31,005 nucleotides of DNA from Bacteroidales bacterium (GTDB lineage Bacteria; Bacteroidota; Bacteroidia; Bacteroidales; F082). A program made the translations under genes and the position numbers. Under the pieces are notes generated by a model, which saw only the letters and a list, made by a program, of their open reading frames with translations, did no database searches and had not been told where the DNA came from. This document shows positions 1 to 8,325 of the stretch, piece by piece. Every line of letters starts with the position of its first letter. The first letter of the stretch is position 1. The stretch is from assembly GCA_900771045.1 (NCBI GenBank), contig CAAGMM010000123.1, positions 1-31,005 of the forward strand. Reading direction: 5' to 3'.

Positions 1-177
1 GCGATGATTATCGAGTTGAAGAACAACAAGTCCGCAGAATCGGCGGTAAACCAGATTAAGGAGAAGAAATACGACGACCTTTTAGAGCATTATCGCGGCA
101 GAATGCTCTTCGTCGGCATAAATTATGACGAGAAGACGAAGGCGCACGAGTGCGAGATTGAGGAATTTGGGCTGTGA
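1..177 (+). CDS. 3' end of an AAA-ATPase / PD-(D/E)XK nuclease (PDDEXK_9-like) protein, truncated by the window edge
   Basis: Frame 1 reads AMIIELKNNKSAESAVNQIKEKKYDDLLEHYRGRMLFVGINYDEKTKAHECEIEEFGL*. The IIELK...A..QI..K.Y...VGINY pattern is typical of the C-terminus of this Bacteroidales family. Not in the ORF track. Confidence 0.85.
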   Translation, partial: AMIIELKNNKSAESAVNQIKEKKYDDLLEHYRGRMLFVGINYDEKTKAHECEIEEFGL

Positions 178-232
178 GCCGTGAGCTTTGAGCAATGAGC
201 TTTGAGCAGTGGGCTGCTTACGATATTTACGT
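168..232 (+). repeat. Degenerate heptamer array (TGRGCNN)x7 followed by TTACGATATTTACGT
   Basis: tgggctg tgagccg tgagctt tgagcaa tgagctt tgagcag tgggctg c ttacgatatttacgt; a second copy lies at 30028-30099. Confidence 0.92.
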
Positions 233-300
233 TTCTAATCGTCAAATCGAGGGTATGAAAAAAAATCACGATTTCGACGGATTCAGCATCAAAAGCCGCC

Positions 301-1056
301 TTATTCCTTTATTTGAACCTTAAATCCTTCGTCGATTAAGGGTTTCAGCAGGTTCTGCATTTCTTCGACGCTGAATTTCCGCAGGTTCTGTGCCGGCGTT
401 GGGCGGTCGATTGTGTAAACCATAATTTCGCGCGGTTTCAGGTCACGCACTATCGACATCCAGCCGTCCAAAACATCTTGCGACGACGAGTCGAAATCAT
501 CGCTGCGCAGGAACATCGTCTGAAGCACGAAGTCGCCGTCGAACTTGCGCAAAGCCTCAACGACACGCCTGACATCATAACCTTTGTGAGGCCTGTTTAT
601 CTTGTTAATCAATTCGTTAGTCGGAGCGTCAATCTTCATAATCGGGTTGTCGATTTTGCGCAGGGCCGCCAAAACATCTGGACGATGAACCTGCGTCGCA
701 TTCGACAAAACCGAAACTTTCGCATTGGGAGCGTATTTGTCGCGCAGGGCGATAACGTCGTCGACAATTTGCGGAAAATCCGGATGAATCGTTGACTCGC
801 CGTCACCGGAAAATGTTATCGAATCAACTTTAACGCCTTGTTTTTCAAGTTCTTGCAATTTCTTTTCCAAATCATTGCGAACTTTTTCTACAGAAGGGAG
901 AACCGTGTCGTCGAGGCCGTCTTTGTTCCAGCCGCATTCGCAGTAAATACAGTCGAATGTGCAGAGTTTTCCGTTTTCTGGAAGGAGGTTGATGCCTAAC
1001 GAAACGCCGAGCCTGCGGCTTATAATCGGACCGAAAACAGTTTTTTCACGTAACAT
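301..1056 (-). CDS. Radical SAM Fe-S oxidoreductase (COG0731 / TYW1-like bacterial family)
   Basis: CTFDCIYC (CxxxCxxC) motif, N-terminal FGPIISRRLGVSLGINL, TFSGDGE, LQTMF and VYTIDRP motifs. Confidence 0.88.
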   Translation of the reverse strand: MLREKTVFGPIISRRLGVSLGINLLPENGKLCTFDCIYCECGWNKDGLDDTVLPSVEKVRNDLEKKLQELEKQGVKVDSITFSGDGESTIHPDFPQIVDDVIALRDKYAPNAKVSVLSNATQVHRPDVLAALRKIDNPIMKIDAPTNELINKINRPHKGYDVRRVVEALRKFDGDFVLQTMFLRSDDFDSSSQDVLDGWMSIVRDLKPREIMVYTIDRPTPAQNLRKFSVEEMQNLLKPLIDEGFKVQIKE

Positions 1057-1068
1057 TCTTTACAAAAT

Positions 1069-1956
1069 TTAGGTTGATAATTTTTTGATTGGAAATTTAT
1101 CTTGAATATCAATGGTTTCGTCTTTTGTGAAGGCGATGAAGAAGCCGCCGCCGCCCGAGCCCGAAATCTTGATACAGAAACGTCTGTCGTTACGGGCGGC
1201 GGCGAACAACGGCATTATATTTTCCGGAATCATCGGCTTGAACAGTCGCGTCTGCAAATCCGACAGTTCACCCACAGCCGCGAAAAACGTGCCTGTATCG
1301 CCGGAAATCATCGTGTCGATACATTTTTTTACACACGGAACATATTCATTTTCAAATATATTCATGTATTTTTTATCGTTTCTGCATTCTTTGAAATACG
1401 AGACAAGCGGCCCCGTCTTGCTTTTAATCCCGCTGTCAATCAGAAAAACCTTTATTTCCGGAGTGAGAAAATCGTTGTCCAACAACTTAAATCCGTCTTT
1501 TGAAATCACGAAAGGCTGTCCGAAATAACACTGAAGAGGGTCGTTACCGGAACTGCTACTGTGGAAACAATTTTCCATCTTGGCAAAAATCACTTTGAGA
1601 ATCAATGAATTGGCATTTTTTTTCTTTCCGTAATGGTCATAAACGGCGGCCACCAAAGCACCCGAACTGCCGAGTCCGTAACCCGACGGAATATTCGATT
1701 TCAAATATAATCCCGATTTTATATCTTCCTCAAAGGCAGACAATTCCAAAACGTCATCAAAATTATTTTCTTTTAAGTAGGAAAGAAACTTTTTGAGGTT
1801 TCTGTTTGAACTAATCGCATGATAATCAGGATTTTTACAAAAAAAATCCCATTCAGCCGAAGCGTCGCGGTAAGGCACGAGCAGGGCGTCGGCACCAAAA
1901 ATCATCGAATATTCTCCAAAAAGAATGACTTTCCCGCTGTATTTTTTTGATTTCAT
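1069..1956 (-). CDS. mvk: GHMP kinase, most likely mevalonate kinase
   Basis: GKVILFGEYS, SNIPSGYGLGSSGA (GHMP ATP loop), SSGNDP and KISGSGGGG motifs; adjacent to mvaD. ATG at 1956 preferred over GTG at 1962. Confidence 0.78.
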   Translation of the reverse strand: MKSKKYSGKVILFGEYSMIFGADALLVPYRDASAEWDFFCKNPDYHAISSNRNLKKFLSYLKENNFDDVLELSAFEEDIKSGLYLKSNIPSGYGLGSSGALVAAVYDHYGKKKNANSLILKVIFAKMENCFHSSSSGNDPLQCYFGQPFVISKDGFKLLDNDFLTPEIKVFLIDSGIKSKTGPLVSYFKECRNDKKYMNIFENEYVPCVKKCIDTMISGDTGTFFAAVGELSDLQTRLFKPMIPENIMPLFAAARNDRRFCIKISGSGGGGFFIAFTKDETIDIQDKFPIKKLST

Positions 1957-1969
1957 CTTCACTTAAGAA

Positions 1970-2971
1970 TTATTCAACGCCGTCGGAGATGAAAACTCCG
2001 TTGTGGCAATATTGTTTTAACTCGTTGATAATGAAGTTGTTGACTTCTTTTTGGCAGTCTTGTGGGAAAAGGCAGTGTACGTTTGGGCCGGCATCAAGGG
2101 TGAAACAGAGCGGTATCTTCGTATCTTGTCTGAAACGCCTTATCTCGCTGATGATTTTCTTCGTATTCTCCTCCATCAAGACGAAAGGCGGAGTCGATGT
2201 CTCCATAAGATGATGAAGTGTAAGTGCTTCATTTTCAGTTATTTTAATAAAATCTTCGATGTCGCCGAGTTTGAGTGCGGTAAGAAGTCTTTGTGCGTTT
2301 TCGCGTGCCTGGGCGTAGCGTATCTGCGCTTCTGGATGCGTGTCCATCAAGGCATGTCCGGCACGGCTTGAGACGCTTTTCTCCTTTGAGCTCACAATCA
2401 GAATCGTGTCGTTGTAGGTTTTGAAAACCGGATGAATGCGGTCTTCGATGGAAACAGCGTACTCGTCGGAACTGCCCGGCACGGTCGGCATCAAGCCCCA
2501 TAAGGCCATTTTTGGAAAGACGGAACGGGAAGCGGAGCCGGAAGCAAGTCGTGCATAATACGAAACTCGTTGTAAATCAATTGAATGTGAGTCGTTTTTA
2601 ACTATTCGCTCAATATCTAAAAGACAAAAAGCGAGTGCGCTCATCGAAGAGGCCGAAGACGCAATTCCCGACGAATGCGGAAACGAATTTCGACTTTCGA
2701 TTTCTAATTCGACATTTTTCAGAAAAGGAAAATCATTTGCCACAGACTGAAAAAACTTGTCGATTTTTAGTTTAAAGGCATCGTTTTCTTTTCCTTCAAA
2801 ATAAAACTTCGATTTATAACAATCTGATTCACAGAACTTTATGCTTGTTTCGGTATAACATTTGCTCAATGTGAAGCTTATCGAAGGGTTATTGGGGAGC
2901 TGGTTGCCGTGTTTTCCCCAATACTTCACGATGGCGATGTTTGACGGGCTTTTGTGACAAACTTTATTCAT
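1970..2971 (-). CDS. mvaD: Diphosphomevalonate decarboxylase
   Basis: SPSNIAIVKYWGK, NSFPHSSGIASSAS, ARLASGSASRS and FTLDAGPNVH signature motifs. Confidence 0.93.
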   Translation of the reverse strand: MNKVCHKSPSNIAIVKYWGKHGNQLPNNPSISFTLSKCYTETSIKFCESDCYKSKFYFEGKENDAFKLKIDKFFQSVANDFPFLKNVELEIESRNSFPHSSGIASSASSMSALAFCLLDIERIVKNDSHSIDLQRVSYYARLASGSASRSVFPKMALWGLMPTVPGSSDEYAVSIEDRIHPVFKTYNDTILIVSSKEKSVSSRAGHALMDTHPEAQIRYAQARENAQRLLTALKLGDIEDFIKITENEALTLHHLMETSTPPFVLMEENTKKIISEIRRFRQDTKIPLCFTLDAGPNVHCLFPQDCQKEVNNFIINELKQYCHNGVFISDGVE

Positions 2972-2974
2972 AAG

Positions 2975-5527
2975 TCAGAATTGAAGTGTGACGGAACACA
3001 TAATGCTCCATTTGTCGATGTCGGGGTTGTCTAAATAGGTGAAACGCCTCACGTAGTCAAGTCGTAAGATGCTGAAAATGTTGGCGATACCGAAACTCGC
3101 CTCCATATATGGGCCGTCGTCGAAGGTGAACATCGTTGGTCGTCCCTTGTCGTCGATGGGGAACGGGAAAATCGTTTTACCCATATTTTTCGGGTTGTTT
3201 TCATTTGAAAGACCGCCCCAGATGGCTTTGAAAGTGAAGACCTCGCACATTTTGAAGTTGCCGATGAGCGGTATTCTGTGGAGGATGAAGCCCTTCATAT
3301 CGTAAGTCACTTTGACGTCGAAGAAATAGTCGGCGGCGAACTCGTAGTTGTTCATCAGGTTGAACGCGTTGTGGTTGAGGAAGAACGACTGGTTTCCACT
3401 TGGGATATAGAGAAGCGGATAAGGTGCTGTCCCGAAGACTTTCCCGGCGCCGAGGTCGATATTGGCGATACCGAGGACGCTGAGGAACCATTTTTTATGA
3501 AATGCCGCGGTGAGTTTGTGAAACTCGTAGTCACCGTCGAGAAGCGGAGAACTGTAGTTGTAGCCTAACGTTATCACCGGTGCGACTGATGTCGCGACAC
3601 GAACCCTGTTCTGCTGCAGCTGATAAAATTTCTCGTTGTGGGCGTATCGGAATGTCATTCCGAAGGTGGTCGTTCTCAGCGGACGATATTCTTTTCCTTC
3701 AAAAGTCGTGAAGTTGAGGCCGTCGGAGAGAGTTCTCTGCTCAAGATATTCGGCGGAGAAGTTAAGTCCGATGCCGTATTTGAATTCGAAGTCGTATTGA
3801 CCTTTCACCTTGTCAATCAGCACCATTTTATTGGTTTTCCCGCGGCTGACGAGTGTGCTGATGCGGTCGCCGTCGGAGAAATCCTGCTCGCCGAAGACTT
3901 CTCTTCCCGGAGTGAAGGTATTGTGTTCCAATGTCAATGTCGCGAGGTTCTGCGGAAATTCCCATTGATGGTGGATCTTGTCGTTGAAGGAATACATTAT
4001 CTGTCCGCGCCATTTCCAGGCGTTGTCCTTGCAGCCGTACGCGACGAATCCGCCTAAAAAAAGGTGTTTGTTGAACTTCGTGTTCGTTTTTCCGCCGACG
4101 CGGATGCGCAGGCCTTCGACATCGTTCTTACTCAGGCTGTTCCAAATCGGGCCGTAGTCAATCCAGCCGACATCAAAATACTCATAGCCGATGGCCATTA
4201 TCGAGTTGATGAGTGCGCGATAACCCATATTTTTGTTGAGCATCTTGGCGTTGTCGTAAATGGCGGTCTCGTGTTCCGACAAGGTGTCGAGGCGGTTTTC
4301 GGCCCAATAGTCGTCGTTCTGCTCCATAAAGCCGTCCTTTCTGACGATTTCCTTATCGAAGCCGTAGAAGTCGTCAGGTTTTGGCTGGTTGGAGACGAAA
4401 TTCGTTATAATTCCCGTTTTTTTCGCGTGAACGGCGAGACCGATATAGCTGAAGTCGATGATGAGGTTGTAGCCTTTCGGGCGCATGATGCTGTCAACGA
4501 GTTCGTATTCCTGTTCGTAAAGCATTGATTCGACGAAGTTTGTCCCGGAGCCTTTTGGCAGGTGGAGCTGCGACTTGCTGATGGCATACGAGCCGTCGAG
4601 CTTAATCCACAGGACGCCGGAAAGGCCGAGGTCGCGGCGGTTGGCGGTCGTGAAGGTGAGGACGGCGCACGTGTCGTTGTGCAGAACCGTCGTGTCTGAG
4701 ATGAAGAAATGGTAGAACGTCGGCGCGATAGACGACAGAGGCGAAGTGTATTCGTTGTTCAGAAGGAAGATCGTCGGGCTGTAAATATCGACGTCGCCGA
4801 CGATGTTTTCAAGAACCGGCTCGAGTGTCGAGAAATCGAAGAACTTGCTGACTTCGACGTCCTTCACGGCATTGATGACCGTTTTGCGGCACAACGGTTC
4901 GCGGCGGTAATACGACTCCGAGAGTTTCTCGATGAGATACAGCGACAGATAGTTCTTTCCCGTCAATTCAGATTTCTGAATATTCTTAAAGATTTGATTA
5001 TAAGAAGCTTTGCTATGAGCTCCGACGCTGTCGCCGAGGTTCGACAGGCCGAGTTCCAACTTAAAATATTCGTCGTATTGGTAATAGTCGTAAGCGGAGA
5101 TGTTGTTGTTTCTCTTCTTGCTTTGGACTTTCTTTATCAGTTCCACGGCGGGGTTGTTCTTTCTTGTATATTTGACGCGCCGGTCGGCCCGGACTTCCAC
5201 CGCCGAGAGCTCTATCGCTTCCGAGGCGAGCTTGATGTTGATAGTTTGAGTGACGAAACGGTCTATCTTCCGGCTCTGCGTCTTGTAGCCGGCATACTGA
5301 TATTCTATTTTGTCGAAGACGTCGCGGGTCTCTAAGCGGTAATATCCGTTGAGGTCGGTCGTGGTGCCGCGCGTCTCGTCCTTCACCTTGTAAGTGATGG
5401 TAGCGTAGGGAAGAGGTTCGCCGGTCTCATGATCGACGACGCGCCCTTTGATAGTTGTTACCTGCGCCAAAGCCCCCTCACAGAGAAGCAACAACGCGAA
5501 AAATATAAGGTTACTGATATGTTTCAT
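2975..5527 (-). CDS. DUF5686 family outer-membrane protein with N-terminal carboxypeptidase-regulatory-like domain
   Basis: Signal peptide, IKGRVVD.ETGEPLPYA...GTTTDLNGYY, RKNNPAVELIKKV, NDVEGLRIRVGGKTN, PYMEASFGIANIF..LRLDYVRR, C-terminal Phe. Confidence 0.85.
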   Translation of the reverse strand: MKHISNLIFFALLLLCEGALAQVTTIKGRVVDHETGEPLPYATITYKVKDETRGTTTDLNGYYRLETRDVFDKIEYQYAGYKTQSRKIDRFVTQTINIKLASEAIELSAVEVRADRRVKYTRKNNPAVELIKKVQSKKRNNNISAYDYYQYDEYFKLELGLSNLGDSVGAHSKASYNQIFKNIQKSELTGKNYLSLYLIEKLSESYYRREPLCRKTVINAVKDVEVSKFFDFSTLEPVLENIVGDVDIYSPTIFLLNNEYTSPLSSIAPTFYHFFISDTTVLHNDTCAVLTFTTANRRDLGLSGVLWIKLDGSYAISKSQLHLPKGSGTNFVESMLYEQEYELVDSIMRPKGYNLIIDFSYIGLAVHAKKTGIITNFVSNQPKPDDFYGFDKEIVRKDGFMEQNDDYWAENRLDTLSEHETAIYDNAKMLNKNMGYRALINSIMAIGYEYFDVGWIDYGPIWNSLSKNDVEGLRIRVGGKTNTKFNKHLFLGGFVAYGCKDNAWKWRGQIMYSFNDKIHHQWEFPQNLATLTLEHNTFTPGREVFGEQDFSDGDRISTLVSRGKTNKMVLIDKVKGQYDFEFKYGIGLNFSAEYLEQRTLSDGLNFTTFEGKEYRPLRTTTFGMTFRYAHNEKFYQLQQNRVRVATSVAPVITLGYNYSSPLLDGDYEFHKLTAAFHKKWFLSVLGIANIDLGAGKVFGTAPYPLLYIPSGNQSFFLNHNAFNLMNNYEFAADYFFDVKVTYDMKGFILHRIPLIGNFKMCEVFTFKAIWGGLSNENNPKNMGKTIFPFPIDDKGRPTMFTFDDGPYMEASFGIANIFSILRLDYVRRFTYLDNPDIDKWSIMCSVTLQF

Positions 5528-5545
5528 ACACCAATATTAACGCTG

Positions 5546-5553
5546 CAAAGATA
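5546..5553 (-). promoter_or_regulatory. Bacteroidota -7 promoter element TATCTTTG for the DUF5686-mvaD-mvk-radical SAM unit
   Basis: The + strand caaagata is TATCTTTG on the - strand, about 18 nt upstream of the ATG. Confidence 0.65.
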
Positions 5554-5561
5554 CAAATTAT

Positions 5562-5663
5562 TATGGAACGAGCGAAAATATTGATGACAGATTCAACGAC
5601 AGGATAGCGTCGCTCTTTTCGCAATGCTATGAAACGAGTGAAAATATTGATGACAGATTCAAC
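5562..5663. repeat. Two 36-bp direct repeats (34/36 identical) separated by 30 bp
   Basis: 5562-5597 TATGGAACGAGCGAAAATATTGATGACAGATTCAAC; 5628-5663 TATGAAACGAGTGAAAATATTGATGACAGATTCAAC. Confidence 0.92.
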
Positions 5664-5699
5664 AGACTGAAAAAGAAGCTTTAACGGATTCTGACACCT

Positions 5700-6716
5700 T
5701 CACTCCGTCTTCTTAAACATCACTTGCTTCGGATTATAAAGGATGATCGCGGCTTTGTCGTTTTGACCGGTTATTTCCACCGACGGGCAGTCTTCGCAGG
5801 GTTCGCCCATTTCTCCGAATGCCTCCGCTTTCCCCTTCTCGACTCCGACGAAATGAGCCTCGTCATAAACGGGAAGAAACGGCTGTAGCTTCGCGATAGC
5901 GGCTTCTTTATGGGAATTGATGGCCGCCCTGCTTTTCGCGGAATTGATATTGTCAATCTCGTCCTGAATAAGCGATTTCAAAACACTGCTGTCGGAATAC
6001 GGTTCCATCGCGGCGACGACGGCTTCCAACGCGGCCTGCTTATACGGTTCCAAATCCATATAACGGTTTGACGTAAAATAACCGCCGTGCCATGCAGCCA
6101 CATTGCTCTCCGGCAGATATTCTTCTTCCCAGCCATCCGGCAGAGTCAGATAAACTATCGAACCCGGAGAATCCACGCCGGAAAAAGCGTCTTCCCCAAT
6201 ATTGTCTTGACAGGCCGTGCTGTTAAAAGTGACATAAAACAGACCTGAACAGTTTTTGAAAGCCCTTTCTCCCATCGAAGTGAGGGAAGCCGGAAAATCA
6301 ATGATATACAGACTTTTGCATTGCCCGAAAGCCTGTTCTTCTATCGAAGTGATGGGCGCGTTTTCTAAATTCGAGACAGCTTTTAATTTAACGCAGTCAT
6401 AGAAAGCGTTATCTTTAATCAAAGTGACGGTAGCGGGAATGAAAACTGAATCTAATTCTGTAGAACCGTAGAAAGCGCCGCTTCCAATTGCTGTGACGGT
6501 ATAGTCTGAATCCCCATAACTGACGATGTCGGGAATATCGACGTTGCCCGAGTATAAAGGAAATTTTTTTATCACTTCCACGGTTTTGTCAACTTCGGAA
6601 GTAATGCTGTATAAGATGCCGTCAACTTCAAATTCGACGGCCTTATCTACTTCGGCGGATAGTTTGGTGTTCGCCAATATCGCGGCAGCCAAAAGGAAAA
6701 TGATTTTTTTCATCAT
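5700..6716 (-). CDS. Secreted BspA-type leucine-rich repeat (LRR_5) protein
   Basis: Signal peptide, FEVDGILYSI...YSGNVDIPDIVSY...YTVTAIGSGAF cap, repeats ending in AFYDC / AFGQC / AFKNC, then a helical region and a CxxC-containing tail. Confidence 0.85.
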   Translation of the reverse strand: MMKKIIFLLAAAILANTKLSAEVDKAVEFEVDGILYSITSEVDKTVEVIKKFPLYSGNVDIPDIVSYGDSDYTVTAIGSGAFYGSTELDSVFIPATVTLIKDNAFYDCVKLKAVSNLENAPITSIEEQAFGQCKSLYIIDFPASLTSMGERAFKNCSGLFYVTFNSTACQDNIGEDAFSGVDSPGSIVYLTLPDGWEEEYLPESNVAAWHGGYFTSNRYMDLEPYKQAALEAVVAAMEPYSDSSVLKSLIQDEIDNINSAKSRAAINSHKEAAIAKLQPFLPVYDEAHFVGVEKGKAEAFGEMGEPCEDCPSVEITGQNDKAAIILYNPKQVMFKKTE

Positions 6717-6774
6717 AACTGTGTCGAATTCGTTATAAATGCCACTTTTTGACTCGCATTTTCAATTAACATTG

Positions 6775-6782
6775 CAAAGTTA
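6775..6782 (-). promoter_or_regulatory. -7 promoter element TAACTTTG upstream of the LRR gene
   Basis: The + strand caaagtta matches the TAnnTTTG consensus on the - strand. Confidence 0.6.
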
Positions 6783-6797
6783 CGCAAAAAACTTCAA

Positions 6798-6902
6798 AAT
6801 ACAAGAGACAGATGTGATTTTTGCGGAGGGAAATGAATTTCAAGGCGGGTTCTACAAATCCAACAATGCTCGTACGCCATAGTTGCATTTGTCTCTTGAA
6901 TT
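6798..6902. repeat. Intergenic element bounded by an imperfect inverted repeat of at least 18 bp
   Basis: 6802-6819 CAAGAGACAGATGTGATT pairs with 6881-6898 AGTTGCATTTGTCTCTTG (14 Watson-Crick plus 4 G-T pairs on the + strand). Confidence 0.7.
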
Positions 6903-6938
6903 CAGGAAAGTCTAATTGTCAAATTTTCAGCCCCACCT

Positions 6939-7283
6939 CTAACCATTCGTTTCAGCCTGTTTGTCGGCGAGTTGCTTATCCAAATCGAGAAGAAACTTTT
7001 TGGCGGCGTTGAGTGTCATGATGACGGAACTCTTGTCCTCCAACTTGTCGAATTTCTCTTTGATGGCGTTTTTCGCGCCTTCCAAAGTGTAACCCTGCAC
7101 TTTGACGAGCTGGTAGATGACGTGAATATAGCGGATGTCGCGCTCGGTGAACTTGCGGTTGCCCGTGGTGCTTTTGCGCGGACGCAGAACGGGAAACTCG
7201 TTTTCCCAGTAACGTATGAGCGAGGTGTTCACGTTAAACATTTTCGCAACTTCGCCAATGCTGTAATATAATTTCGGTGTCAT
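6939..7283 (-). CDS. MerR family transcriptional regulator
   Basis: KLYYSIGEVAKMFNVNTSLIRYWENEF...GNRKFT...GYTLEGAK; the usual Bacteroidota position after the M23 gene next to alaS. Confidence 0.92.
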   Translation of the reverse strand: MTPKLYYSIGEVAKMFNVNTSLIRYWENEFPVLRPRKSTTGNRKFTERDIRYIHVIYQLVKVQGYTLEGAKNAIKEKFDKLEDKSSVIMTLNAAKKFLLDLDKQLADKQAETNG

Positions 7284-7328
7284 ATCATTTGTATTTTATT
7301 TCGGTGAATTTATAGAACCCACCTTTAT

Positions 7329-8297
7329 TTAATCCATTGTTTGTGAAGGCATTTGCGACAATTCCAATATCTCATCGTATTCTTCGGGCGTTATATCGTT
7401 GAAGAAGAAGTGAATCGGGTTGACCGGCCTGCCGTTCTTTATCACTTCGTAATGTAAATGCGGAGCCGTTGATTTCCCGGAGTTCCCCATAAGTGCGACT
7501 TCCTGACCCCTCCTTATCTTTTCCCCCGCCTTTACCTCGGCCTTGCTGATGTGCGCATATCTCGTCTTGTAGCCGAAACCATGGTCGATTATGACATAAT
7601 TGCCGTAACCGACATCCGATTTGACCACTTTTTCGACGACGCCGTCGCCTGTTGCATAAATAGGCGTCCCGACAGGCCCGCTGAAGTCGAGGCCGGCGTG
7701 AAATTTCAACACTTTGTATATTGGGTCTGTCCTGTGTCCAAAACCGGAACTCAGCCTCCGTATATCCGTGCCACGCACAGGCATAATGGCCGGAATCGAG
7801 GAAAGCATCTCGCTCTTGTTCGTTATCATATCCGCTATCGTGTCAAACGACTTCGACTGCACTAATATCCTTTGTGAAATCACTTCAATTCTGTCATATA
7901 TCGCCTTCACTCTCGCAGAATTCGCATAACCGCTCATAGGCAGACGTTTACCTGTTTTTACGACAGGTAATCTTTTTTCTCGCGGCACCGGTTTCGATTC
8001 AAACATCACTCTGTATATGTTGTCGTCGCGATCCTGCATATCAGCCAAAACGACATCCATCTCGTCAAGTTTGTCGTTCAAGATGTCATATTGAAATCGA
8101 AGATAGGCATTCTCCTTCTCCAACATTTTTTCTCTCGGAGAACCTAAAAAAGACTTGAACAAGACGAAAAAAAGGAGTCCGAACACGCCGGCAGTCAAAA
8201 GAAACATCAAAAGACCTCCGATACGCCGTCCTATAGAAGTCCGATATTCCTCAAACTTCAGGGTAGAACTGTTAAATATGAACTTTTTTTTAGCCAA
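7329..8297 (-). CDS. M23 family metallopeptidase
   Basis: N-terminal TM segment, coiled coil, HAGLDF (HxxxD) and STAPHLHYE (HxH) motifs; TTG start. Confidence 0.92.
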   Translation of the reverse strand: MAKKKFIFNSSTLKFEEYRTSIGRRIGGLLMFLLTAGVFGLLFFVLFKSFLGSPREKMLEKENAYLRFQYDILNDKLDEMDVVLADMQDRDDNIYRVMFESKPVPREKRLPVVKTGKRLPMSGYANSARVKAIYDRIEVISQRILVQSKSFDTIADMITNKSEMLSSIPAIMPVRGTDIRRLSSGFGHRTDPIYKVLKFHAGLDFSGPVGTPIYATGDGVVEKVVKSDVGYGNYVIIDHGFGYKTRYAHISKAEVKAGEKIRRGQEVALMGNSGKSTAPHLHYEVIKNGRPVNPIHFFFNDITPEEYDEILELSQMPSQTMD

Positions 8298-8325
8298 AAT
8301 GAGAATTTATTCCTATTTTATTCTG

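Noticed and set aside
5562..5663. Calling this a bona fide CRISPR array
   Set aside because: Only two repeats, no cas genes and a hairpin-forming insert. Kept as a repeat and as an open finding.
6821..7012. 63-aa + strand ORF spanning the inverted-repeat element
   Set aside because: TTG start, overlaps merR antisense, and has no protein-like features.
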